A stretch of 64,000 nt of DNA from Cercozoa sp. M6MM (Eukaryota > Protista > Endomyxa: Ascetosporea). Below the pieces are notes generated by a model, which saw only the letters and a program-made list of their open reading frames with translations, was not told the origin of the DNA and searched no databases. Shown in pieces: positions 1 through 19,018 of this stretch. Each line of letters opens with the position of its first letter. Position 1 is the first letter of the stretch. The stretch is from NCBI GenBank assembly GCA_040357565.1, contig JBDODJ010000006.1; one strand, 5' to 3'. The translations under genes were made by a program, and so were the position numbers.

Positions 1-7660
<7,660 letters not shown>

Positions 7661-8013
7661 TTGCGCTTCAAACACGCCGCACCTTCGACAAGTGAAAGCT
7701 TGGCTTTTTCTAGCAGCCAGCCTTGACGTGTCAAAATCGCGTGTTGGTCAGTCGAGAAGGCCCCAAGTTGCTCGAAAATTGTGCACACGATAGACAGGCC
7801 AAGGGCCGTCTAGCACCCGATTCTTGCGGCTGTAGCTATCCCTGCCGTGTGTGCACACTGCTGGGAGCGTCAGCCTTCGTGACCAAGGTCTCTTTTTGCT
7901 CGCGATCGGTTTGGGAATTTTCGGCTCGTGATGCGAGCCGACAAACGCACGCGTTTCAAAGCTGAAGCTGCTATCGAAACTATAGTACGCTGCAGAAAAA
8001 CGATACAGGTTAG

Positions 8014-11000
8014 TTAGCTGGCGTGGGCCAAGGAAGGTGCGTTGGCCTGAGAAGTTTGAAGCAGCTGCTGCAGCTGCGGTCGCAGTCTGACAGCGAAGCG
8101 GTCCAAAATCGACTGATGCAACGACTCATCGTAGTCACTGACTCGGCAGAGCTGCTTCTTCTACGAAAATACATGACCGTAAAGCCAAAGGAACGGGGAT
8201 AGAAAAGGCGATACGAATATCGGCAAAGACGGCGATGTGACGTCTAACGCCTCAAAGAACACAGCGCCGTCGGCGGCCGAAAGGCGTAAAGAGAGATTCT
8301 CGATCTGCCGCTGCGCGAGCACGCCGGACAGCGACGATATTTGCACGGGACTCACAGTCTGGATGGGTATGAGTTTGCGGAGCAAGCAAAAACCAAAATG
8401 AATGAGAGTGAACCTGGTCAACAGGGAAGTTGAGCTGTCGCCGCAGAAGCTCGCGTCGCTTCCTGTCTGCGTTGGAATTTGTCATGAATACCGAACCAAA
8501 CAAAGAAAGCAAGCAGACACAAAAACACACCGTCTTCCTTTGTCTTTTGTCGCTTCGAGTCCGTGTCCTCCCTGTCTGCAACAACTCAATTCAGTAGACA
8601 TCTAGTCGCAACCTACAATAAATACCAACAAGCGGCCGTTTTGACGGCCGAATCATGACTGCACACATGTGCCAAACACACGTGCCACACACAGAAGCAG
8701 GGGAGGTTAAAGCAAAAGGGAGGTACGCTCATCGGTCAGCAGGATGGGTGGCAATGCGCCCTTGTCGAGGGCTGCGCCCTTGTCGAGGGCTGCGTCGAAT
8801 GAGAGCACGCCAGTCGCACCGTCAGTATCGGTGGTCGCACTTTGAGCGTCAGCGGTCGCGCTATGCGTGTCGCCGTTCTTCCTAGCATGCATTGCCTGGG
8901 CACGACGCAGTTCCGCGACACGAACATCACTTGGCACGTCCACCTGCTTCTGTCCCTCCGCACCTGACAATAATATTCCTGTACATCTAATAATGAGGTT
9001 GTGCACATGCGTACCCCGTGCGCGCAAATAGGCACGTGTCGCACGGTAGAGCACAGTAAGACTTGCTGATTTAACAGGTAGCTCGCGGAAGTCAAACACA
9101 CGACTACACATGAGCAGACACAGTGCACTACACATGAGCATGAAGACAAAGAACGAGGTAAGTACGCAGCAGAACGACCGATACGGAACTTAAACGCCCA
9201 GTCGTTGGCATTTTCCTACATCAAATCGGTAACATTAATGTTTGTGGGCAGTGGGAGAGGGCACAGGTTTGCTCCGCAGTTGATTCGCCAGCTTGTCAGT
9301 CTTCATAAACGATTCCCTGTTTAAAGAAACAAAGTGTGTGCAGGGATTCACAAATATCTAGACACGAAAGAACAACTATGATACAATCCTTGCGGCGTCA
9401 GCACGAGCGACGCCACAGCTAACGTAAACGGCGGCAGTTTCAACAGTTTTAGTTGCTGTTTTTGTTGCTGTTGTTGCTGCCGCAGTCGGCGCTGTGAGAA
9501 CACAAAATAATTGCATAAAAAGCGTAACAATCAGCCGTACGTTGATGAACGTGATCAATTGCTTCGCACAGGTGACGAAGCAACTGTCGGTGCCAGAGAA
9601 AGCGATACTTGTATTGGCGCAGAGGTAGACTGCACGCACAGGGAGTTCAATACACTCAATGCACTGCACATTGAGGAAGCAATACTGTCATTGCAAAAGT
9701 CCTGCCACGTCGCGTATCCTAAAGAAAGCAGGAAGTAAACAGTACACCAGGCAAAGAAAGCACGCGATTGGCTACCGCCAAGTGACGCGAAGCGCCTCAT
9801 ATCGATGAGAGACAGAGGCGCTGCCACGAAATTGTAGTAGCTTTCCTGAGTGTCCACCCTCTCGTCTAGACACGGTGTGCCGCGATATACGTCCACAGTA
9901 ACTACAATAGATATCATGAACACTCGACCTGTGCTAGTCGAGTAAGCACATGTGCATGTACCTCGGGTATCTTTCGGCGCCTTGTCGGACAGCAGATCAT
10001 CCAGCAACGAACAGATCGTTTTCTTTGGAGATAGAGGGATAGGGAGGCAGAACATATAGGGATAAGCTGGTTTTAAAAAAAAAGAATCAAACCGCCAGCT
10101 GCACACGCCGGTATTCGGCGTAGGCTGTACGGAGCTTCGGCAGGTCGAGTTTGCGCCACTTGGGCAACTCCATGAACGCTCGCACGCACTGCATATGGCA
10201 CTGCATATGGAAGCAACGCATGACAAACGCATGCAGTAAGGTAAAGTGTGATACGCTGTCAGGCAGGCGGTGCTCTCGCATGAGATCGAGCACACGCGAG
10301 AACACACGCGGAAACATCGCAGTGACGGACATGTGCTCGCAGCCGCTTTCTTCGTATCCTAACACCATCCCCGGTCGCACTGTCACTGCGCATGCCAGTG
10401 GAAATGCGACGACTAGAAATTCTCCCAGTGCCGTATGAGAGCACGCGTACACGGTGCGTCGCCATCATTCGTGAAAACAACTTGGAGAAACTCTTCAATT
10501 TTCTCTTCTGTGACACAGCCGATATATCCAGCGACCAAGGTGACAGGGAATACAATACCCGAAACATTGGCCTTTTCACAGATCTTCAAAATCCTTTGCA
10601 GCGCGCGCATCAGTAAGTTTGTCGCCACCTCATTCCAAATTTCTGTGAGTGGCAAAATTGAAGCAACTATCAGGCGGGGCGAAATTTGATCGGAGAGGAG
10701 GCAGATACCCAGCCATTTCGCTTTCTTCGATTCGGTCAAACAGTGCCAGTACTCAAATCGCGCCTTCTCGTTGACAGCCACGTCGCCTGATGCCATCGGG
10801 TCAAAGGTAGAAAACCAGTCGGGGTAGGAAAAAACAACCCACCCGGAGGTTTCACCTCAAGTTTCGCACGTTTCACACGCCCCGGCGGTTTGCTTTCTTT
10901 CAGGATACGACGCAGGCTGAAACGTTTGCTGCTCAAAAGCGAGTAAAAGCGAAACGCGTTCAAAGTAAGGAGAAAGAACGATCGTACACTTTCGCTGGCG

Positions 11001-11630
11001 AGGCGCTTTCCGAAATGCAAGGGTGGTCGCTGGAGTCGGCGCAACCGAGTGGATGAGTCACGAGATCGATTGCGGGCACCCCTGTTGTCGAGGTCTTCGA
11101 GCTTTTGCTTTCGCTTTTGGCTGTCTGGTCACTTGCTATCGGTAGCGACGGCACCGGCTTTTTCGATGACTTCTGTAATTGTTCCTGCAATGGGTTTTGT
11201 GGTGGCTCCTGCGGTTGTTTCTGCGAGTGTTTTTGCGAGTGTTTTTGCGAGTGTTTTTGCGATTGCTGCCGTTGCCACACTCTCCGACCACCGCAAGTTT
11301 CGCTTATAGTCATAGTTTTCTTTTTGATCAGCGTTTTTTGGCTTTGCGCGTGCTGTTGCGACTTGCTTGGTGCCTTGTGTTGAGTTTTGCTCAGCGTCGT
11401 GCGTCGAGTCTTGCTTTGAGTGCTGCCTTGTTTTTTGCTTTGCGATTTGCCTTGGGTCTTGCTTTGAGATGCGCGGTCGGTTTCACGAGACTTACCTACA
11501 GTCTTGCGCTCGAAGCGCTCCGTCGACGCCGGTATGCCCAGCAACTCCTATACATTCCAAAATCCCAACAAATGGACTAACACGTTATTGTGCAGAGATA
11601 CAATCGTACTTTTAACGCTTTGTCACTCAT
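8014..11630 (-). CDS. Multi-exon nuclear protein: K/S/Q-rich N-terminus, divergent bromodomain, LIN37-like C-terminus
   Basis: ATG at 11630 (MSDKALK|ELLGIP). Spliced bromodomain-like segment ESYYNFVAAPLSLIDMRRFASLGGYATWQDFCNDIYLCANTSIAFSGTDSCFVTCAKQL (~9540-9850). Intron 9216-9264 joins in frame to RVFDFREL..LYRATRAYLR. Ends ..CRVSDY..LDRFAVRL..AHAS* at 8014. Confidence 0.6.
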
Positions 11631-11800
11631 TGTGTTACACCATGAGCACACAATCACTCCGTACTGCACACCCTACAGTAGAGTTTTTGACCGTAGTTCG
11701 CCCAAACTATTTTTAAAAAAACGCCCCAGCGCTCTTTCAGGAAGTTTGTGGAGAACCTCTGCTGTCCAAGTACGTTCTGTAGTGTGGTAGCGTGCACTCA

Positions 11801-12561
11801 ATGTCAGGCCTGGTTTCGTACGATTCGTCAGACGAGGAGTCCTCAGACAATGAAGAAATGCCTCGACAGGGGGTCACGCTCGGAAAACGCGACACCTCCG
11901 CACGGGCTGGTTTGTGTGACGCAAAAAACCAGAAAAGTGCCCCACCTCTGAAAAAACGAAGACGGAGACTTCCGTCGGCCGGTCTCGTGTTTTCTGCTCG
12001 TTCTGCTGCAGTCTCCGCGACGGCTGTTACTGAGGTCCGTCTTTTTTTCTTTGCAATTGGTTTGCAATCCTTTTGTATTATTTGCAGTCTTTGGAGCCAC
12101 AAAATGAACGAATTTGGCAGCCGGAAAAACGTGCAAAGCCAGTATTTGCTGTATCGAACATCCACGTTGAGCAACATGATTTTGGGCATCGCATACCGCT
12201 TTTGTGAGCAGGTTGATGATGTACTTTTCGAGTCAAAGGACAACCAGTTCACTCAAGGTGTGAGAACGCAAAACCGAACAAGTGTGGATAGTACAGAGTA
12301 CCTTAGTCCTTCCTTGCTTTCTTCGTACTTGCTTTCCAATTTCCGTTCTTTTTTAATTATGGCAGAGTGCGGCTGCCGTCGATGCTGTCCGAGCAGCAGC
12401 GAAGAGCACTCAGCAATCTGCTTCCACGACAGTTACGGCACGGCAAGTCTGTTGTGACAGGTATTAATTTTTAGATGCCTTGTGCACCGTTCATTGGACT
12501 TATTCGAGCAGAGGACGTGGATTTCGGTCACAAAAAAGCACAAAAGAACGACGGCAGCTAG
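11801..12561 (+). CDS. Hypothetical protein, about 5 exons, probable NLS
   Basis: MSGLVSYDSSDEESSD..KKRRRRLPSA. Spliced C-terminus LLPRQLRHGKSVVTEDVDFGHKK..*. Splice phases are consistent. Confidence 0.55.
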
Positions 12562-12839
12562 CGGAACGTTCTAATATGTAGATTGGTGTTTTATAGTGCG
12601 CACCTATGTGCAGGTACAGTCGCACAGTGATTATTAAAATATTATTAAAAGAATCAAAGAGTACCGTCGCTCCGACCCGGTTTTTCGCTGCACCGACACT
12701 AAACCGAGGCCCAAACGGCAGGACGACTTGCTGAACGAGACGTCTCTGTTGCTTAAAGCACGTATTAGGTGTGTTTTGGTGCGTATCGCACGAGTGGTGT
12801 ATTTCGGATTGAGTCATAAATTGAAAATTCCTTGTGGAA

Positions 12840-12896
12840 ATGTTGATACTTCTGTGTAGCGAGTCTACGCCTGCGTTGACACCAGACTGGGAGTGA
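12840..12896 (+). promoter_or_regulatory. Candidate uORF (MLILLCSESTPALTPDWE*) upstream of the SPX-EXS gene, followed by a GC-rich hairpin at ~12895-12938
   Basis: ATG at 12840 and TGA at 12894-12896. Outer stem gaggcgcg/cgcgcctc with an inner ttcc/ggaa stem. Confidence 0.35.
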
Positions 12897-13023
12897 GGCG
12901 CGCGTGTTTCCTACGCCTGGAACGAGACGTCGCGCCTCCTGCCTAGTTGAACCGAAGGGCTTTCGTTTTCGTGGTTCTTAGGCGAACGACGACGCAAGCA
13001 CGAAGCAGTGGCCCCTGGCTGTC

Positions 13024-13743
13024 ATGGTGCAATTCACGCACTACCTGTTGTCGAACAAAGTTCCGGAATGGGGCGACAAGTACATTGACTACAAGTTTCT
13101 CAAGAAGATCCTCAAGCCTCTGCGTCGCCGGCGTGCTGCACGGCATGCCGAGTTCGCGCAGAGCGAGATGCGCACGCGGCATCTGTCTTCCATCAGTGTG
13201 CGTGTGCTGCATGACGAAGAGTCTCAACTGTACAGTTATTTTCAATGCAATCTTGGCCGGTGCCATCCCTGGCTTGGTACAGGCCCCCGGGACCCCCGCC
13301 CGATGTGGTGGCAGAACCTGCTCGCTTGCTGACGCACCACGTGGACCAGATGCGCGCGTATCCCGACCTCGGCAGTTCCGCCGCAGTGCTGTTCAACGCG
13401 AACCACGGCTTGATCGGCGGTCCCGAGGAACCACCGCTCCTGCAGTTCGGCCCAGAGCAGCAGCCGTCGGATGAGCACCCGGGCGAGCCGTCGGACGAGC
13501 CGGCCAGCACGGTTGAATCGGAGGAGACGCACAGCACCGAGTCGAAGGACTCGGACATCGAGGAAGCCGATGAGTTGCGCAAGCAGGCCGAGCGCGAGGA
13601 GCGCAACCGCCGCGCTGGCGTCTACGAGCACTACCCCGACGAAAGCGACTCCGAGGCCGACTTTAGCGAGACCGAGAACATCATGAATCGCATCGCTCCC
13701 TTCCTGGCGGATCCTGACCGAAGCTGGGTACGTCATTTTCTTG

Positions 13744-13793
<50 letters not shown>

Positions 13794-13803
13794 NNNNNNN
13801 NNN

Positions 13804-13891
<88 letters not shown>

Positions 13892-14236
13892 CACATGCAC
13901 ATGCACACACACACCATGTTGTCTCGTGTAGGTGCGCTTGGTGCCGGAGCGAGTAATGCGGGGTGACCTCGGCTTTGTGGAGGAGCAGTTTTTCGCGCAG
14001 CTGCAGGCCGAGTTCGTCAAGATCGACAACTTCTTCGTCGAGCAGCTGCAGGTGTTCGTGCAAGACACCAACCGCATCATCGGACAGGTCAACGCGCTGC
14101 GCGAGGCGAAACGCCGCCAGAAGAAACACAAAATCAGCGACCTGCCGATGCGCAAGCGTCTGCACTTCCGCTGGCGCGCCATGTCGCGAGTGCGACGCGG
14201 CGGTGACACTGGTACCCCGTTTGCTGGACGGTTTGT

Positions 14237-14276
<40 letters not shown>

Positions 14277-17200
14277 TCGATTAGAGGAGGAAGAGGAGCA
14301 GGAGATCAATTTGACTACCGACGACAGCGATCTCAACGAGCCCGATGTCGAGGCATTGGTGAAACCAGCCGGCGACGAGCGCGGTGGCACCAGGGTGCAG
14401 TTTGAGAGCCACGACGATCACCGGCACTACGGCCGCAGTAGTAGCGGCCAGCGCATCGTCTACGACGATCCCGAGGTCGAGGAGGAGTTGCTGCTGCTCA
14501 CTAAGGTAGGCCCCCCCCCCCCCCCCGTTCTTCATACCCACCCCCCCCCCCTACTCCAATATCCCCAGGCCAAGCGCAACAAGCTGCGTCGCAAGCTGGC
14601 GATGGCGTGCCGCGAGATCTATCGCGGATTGGACTTAATGCGCAACTACCGCATCCTAAACTTCATGGGCTTTGTCAAGATCCTCAAGAAGCACGACAAG
14701 GTGAGCGACTGGCCGAACGCGTCGCCGGTGCTGGCCGAGCTGCTGCGCCGCGCGCCGTTCTACGCGTCACCGGCGCTGGAGGCACTGGTGTCGCGCGTGG
14801 AGACCTTGTTCTGCGACCACCTCAGCGAGACCAGGAAAACGGGCGAGAAGGCGGCCGCCATGGAGTCGCTGCGGTCAGGGGCGGCGCCGCAGGTGCGTGT
14901 GCGGCGTGTCGTCACCTTTGGCATCGGGTGGATCTTTGGTGTCGTGACGGGTCTCTTCGTGCTGCTGGCCGTGGTGCTGTCGGTGCGCCCGAGTCTTGTG
15001 ACGCAGGACTCGGTGTTCCGCGCGCACTTTCCCATCTTCCGCGGACTACTGCTGGTGTCGCTGCACTTCTGCGGCTGGGCCGTCAACGTCGGTGTGTGGC
15101 GCCGCTTCCGCATCAACCACGTCTTCATCACCGAGAGCGACGTCGGCTCGGCCCTCGTGGCCTGGGACGCTGTCATGGGACCCACCTCTGTCTTCCTGCT
15201 GGCTACGGTGCGTCTGTCAATAACTGCACTGTCCGTATGTGGTGATACGCGTTGCACATGCAGATCGGCATTAGCGTGTTGTTCGCGGCCATGCGCGCTT
15301 TCGACGAGCTGCACATGGACGCGCACGAGTGGCTTACCGGTCCGGCCCTGCTGATCGGCACGCTGGTACTGTCCATGTTGCCGACTCGCAAGCACTTTAT
15401 GGGACCGACCAGGCGGTACTTTTGGAAACGCACTCTGCGCGTCATCACGGCGCCCTTGCTTGCGGTATTTGCTTGACTCTGGGGGAGAGGGTATGTTTAT
15501 TGGGGTGATGCAACGTCTGTGACGATATGTCAATGCTGTCATGTAGGTCAAGTTCACGGACTTCTTCCTGGCAGATCAGTTTACGTCACAGGCACGTGCC
15601 TTTCAGGACCTGTTCTACTCGTGCGTCTTCGTGGTGACCTCGCTGTCAGCCTCCAAGGCTAAGAGCGCTGCTGACTCAGCCGCTTTCGTGCTGGGTACAG
15701 CGCCCTACTGGTTCCGTCTGGCGCAGTGTCTACGTCGTTACTGGGTAGCCTTCCTTTCTGCCACCTCCCACCCAAACGTTTACCCCCCTCCCCCCAGGTG
15801 ACGAAACGCGCCTTTCCGCATCTGGCGAATGCCGGCAAGTACCTGGCGTCGATGGTGGTCACCGTGCTGGCACTGTTCACGAAACTGAGCGACGACCCGG
15901 CGCTGTTGGAGTGGCGCATCGCTCTCGGTGTGATTGCTACCCTGTACGCTCTGACTTGGGATCTCGTCATGGACTGGGGCCTGCTGCGCAATCTGCGCTG
16001 GTGGGTGCGCGACGAGCTACTTGAGGACCAAGGTGTGTTGCCTCCCTCCTGACCCCTGCTTCTTCCCATGCGTAGGTGAGTTGAGCTACCTGTGATGTGT
16101 ATGTGCAGAAGGTGACTGGGATAGTGAGACCACTCCCGAGAGGAGGCGTTTCTTTGTGCGACGCCAGCGGAGCTACTACTGGGCGCTGCGAGCGCAGCTG
16201 ACTTACCCGGCGTGGTTCTACTACTGGGCCATCGCGAGTAACGCCTTGCTGCGTGTCTCCTGGGTCATCGGGTGTGTTCTTCCGTGTGTGTGTGTGTGTG
16301 CGTGTGTGCGTGTGTGTGCGTGTGTGCGTGTGTGTGCGNNNNNNNNNNGTGTGTGTGCGTGTGTGCGTGTGTGTGCGTGTGTGCGTGTGTGTGCGTGTGT
16401 GTGGGTACTATGTGTACTCTGTGTATTCTGCGTAATCTGTGTATTCTTGACTGGTGCGTTGCAGTATCAAGCCGGAAGCCTTTGGGCTCAAGAGCGTGGA
16501 CGAGCTGTTCTTCTTGCTGCTTTTGGGCGTGCTTGAGGTGTTCCGACGCGTGCAGTGGAACGTGATCCGCATGGAGAACGAGCACCTCAACAACTGCGGT
16601 GAGTTCCGTGCCGTGCGTGCCGTGCCGCTGCTGATCGACTACGACCGCATCGCCTTCAACGTCGACGAAGACGATGAGGACGAGGACGAGGACGAAGATG
16701 AGGAGGAGAGCGAGATCCGGCCCGTCAAACGCGAGAGCGTCGCGTCTTTGCGCGACACGGCCAAGGACGTCGTCGTGCTTGACCTCGACAAGGAAAAGAA
16801 GAAGGACGCCACGCTTGAGCTCACTGCGCTGCGCCGTGATGGTAGCACGCCCCCATCCTCCTTTGTATCTCTGACCTCCTCTCCTTCAGCTTCAACGGCC
16901 TCGCTGTCGCGCATGTCGGCGCGAGGCAGGAGGCACAGCATCACCGAGCTGCCACACGTGCCATCGTCGGCCAATATGAGTGCGCGTTCCACGACCAACA
17001 AGTCGGTAGACTCACTACACATCAGTGTGCTACACAACATTCGTACCCCCGTGCGTGTACAGGTTGTCGCTTTCTTGCACACCGAACCAGACGGCACGCT
17101 GCGACTCACGCGCAGCAGCGCGGATCTGCGCTCGCTGGCGCGGCGTGACGAGGTGCTGCACGACAACGTCGAGGACAACTTCGACGACGACGACGACGAC

Positions 17201-17494
17201 GACGACGATGAGGACGACGAAGAGGACGACGAGCTGAGCGGCAACAGCGACGACGAGGGCCTCATGCGCTTGTACACGCGAAGTTACGTGAGCGACGATG
17301 CGCGCGACCTGCCGCAGACGCCGTCGCGTGACGCTTCGCGCGTCACCTCGCCCAGACGCCCGTCCTCTCGCCGACCCTCCGAGAGCGAATTCGATGAGGA
17401 CCGTGAGAGCGACGTAGATGAGGAAGAAGACGAAGACCGCGAGAACGACAATATTCGCATGGTGCTGCACCGCGCCGGTCGCCAAAAACGTTGA
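13024..17494 (+). CDS. XPR1: SPX-EXS phosphate exporter (XPR1/SYG1/PHO1 family)
   Basis: SPX motifs [20 protein letters not shown] and [18 protein letters not shown] motifs [48 protein letters not shown] and [27 protein letters not shown]. Confidence 0.95.
13747..13912. repeat. (CA)n microsatellite with 10-N gap, intronic
   Basis: Directly visible. Confidence 0.95.
16284..16402. repeat. (TG)n/(TGCG) microsatellite with 10-N gap, intronic
   Basis: Directly visible. Confidence 0.95.
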
Positions 17495-17699
17495 GGAAGC
17501 CGGCTCGATCGATTTCGTCCCCACTCTACGTTGCGCGGCGGCGGAGGATTCTCCGCTGGGCGCGAGGTCCACCCACGCCACTACCTACGTCCGGGGCCAG
17601 TTTTTCCGCGCTAGCGAGTTCACGTTATCGTTTCAAGTCATGTGTTACAGCATAAACTACTGTATCCGCGCGGAAGCAACCCAACAACTTAAAAAAATC

Positions 17700-18719
17700 C
17701 TCAAAAGAGGTGTGGAAGATTTTGACGTGTGTTCGCTGGTATCCTGACCTACTGAGAGCTTCAGTCCAGACTGTGGAACACCTGTGTTTGAGTAGGGAAG
17801 CCTTGAGCAAGCTTTTTGCAGCTGAACTCAAAGAAGGGCTCTCTCTCGACCAGGTAATCTGATCTCTCCAGGACCAGTTGTCTTCGCTTCTACCTGTCCT
17901 CTGCCTTTCCAGGGGCCCTTCTTTTCTTTACTTCCAACTCAAGTACTTCTGAATCCTCACTACTCAGTTCTCACGACGCCTTTCCGTCTCAAGGACCCTT
18001 TATACTGACTGTCCTTTCTACAGTTCCCATCTGACGGGTGACTGTCCCGTCCACCACAAGTGCTTTGCCGCCCAACTGAACCGTTGGGGTAACTCACTCT
18101 TTCAAACTGACACTTGGCCACTCTTCCTCCAAGAACAGACTTTATTACGTTCCTTAGTTTTTTTTTTGTATCACTGGCAAAGTACCCTTAATTTACCAAG
18201 GCCTGATCCCTATCTGAGAGGGCTGCGGTAACACATGATCAGTTGCTACCGTTCCGCGATCAGTTTTCCGTTCAGCGTTGTTACAGACTGACTCAGATTA
18301 TGCAGTCTCCGCGGGGTGAAGCCAGACCGACCAGTTGGTTTACATCATTGAGTGAAGCAAAAGAGAAAGAAGAGTTAAGAGTTTGTGGCTCTGCGGTTCT
18401 GCTGCCTATAGAGCTGTGACTGGACCTGTCTGAAAGCCTGTCCTGTAGATTGAGCCGCCAGTGGGCAAAGAGAAAACCTCATCTATTTGGCATCAGCTGG
18501 TCAGTTGCTCTGCAGTTTGTACTGATATCCACCTCTACAAGTAAGCATTGTGCTGCTGTAGAGAGAAGGGGTTTTTAAAATCTTCTCACGATTTCCCCGT
18601 GACGGAAGATTCCGTCTTCAACTCCGTCTAGTTTGACGTAAGAACCCAGTTGGGTATGAGGGCATCCGACCGTTGCATTTTCAGTTTGGCAGAACCGCGT
18701 ATGCCCAACAAAAAAAAAA
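17700..18719 (+). mobile_element. Decayed 3' fragment of a putative non-LTR retrotransposon
   Basis: One intronless frame of ~175 codons (to TAA 18229-18231) is broken only by TGA at 17860 and 17950. It contains KYF*ILT..DCPFYSSHLTGDCP, resembling a degenerate CCHC knuckle. The region is CpG-poor and ends in A10 at 18710-18719. Confidence 0.35.
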
Positions 18720-19018
18720 TGCTACAGGGGCGAGACTGCACATATCGGATATAGATGAGAGAGGGTGAGAGTGTGTGAGAGAGTGAGAGGGAGCGACTTG
18801 CTGCGCCAAGTTGACGCGACGCGAATACGAACGGAACGACAGTTTTTAAAGCTGCCAGGTACTGAATAGAAAACTAATGAACTAAAGTTATGCTAAGGAA
18901 CAATGATAAGCTGTTGGCGACTCGGAGTGTCACGGTTTTCGACAGGCGGGGTGGGGTGCTGCTGCGTGAGCACATGAGTAGATCGATACCGCGCCGCGCT
19001 TGGATGACGGGACTGTAT

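Noticed and set aside
9209-9211. ATG as start of a separate gene 23 bp after a stop codon
   Set aside because: Its splice phase is incompatible with the next exon; the fused model is in frame.
11220-11260. 12-bp tandem repeat
   Set aside because: Ordinary coding low-complexity repeat (SQKH)n.
13681-13956. ORFs with poly-CV or poly-HT runs, here and at every (CA)n tract
   Set aside because: They are translations of intronic microsatellites, not Cys/His-rich proteins.
17860-17952. In-frame TGA codons as selenocysteine
   Set aside because: No redox motif context or recognisable SECIS element; CpG decay is the simpler explanation.
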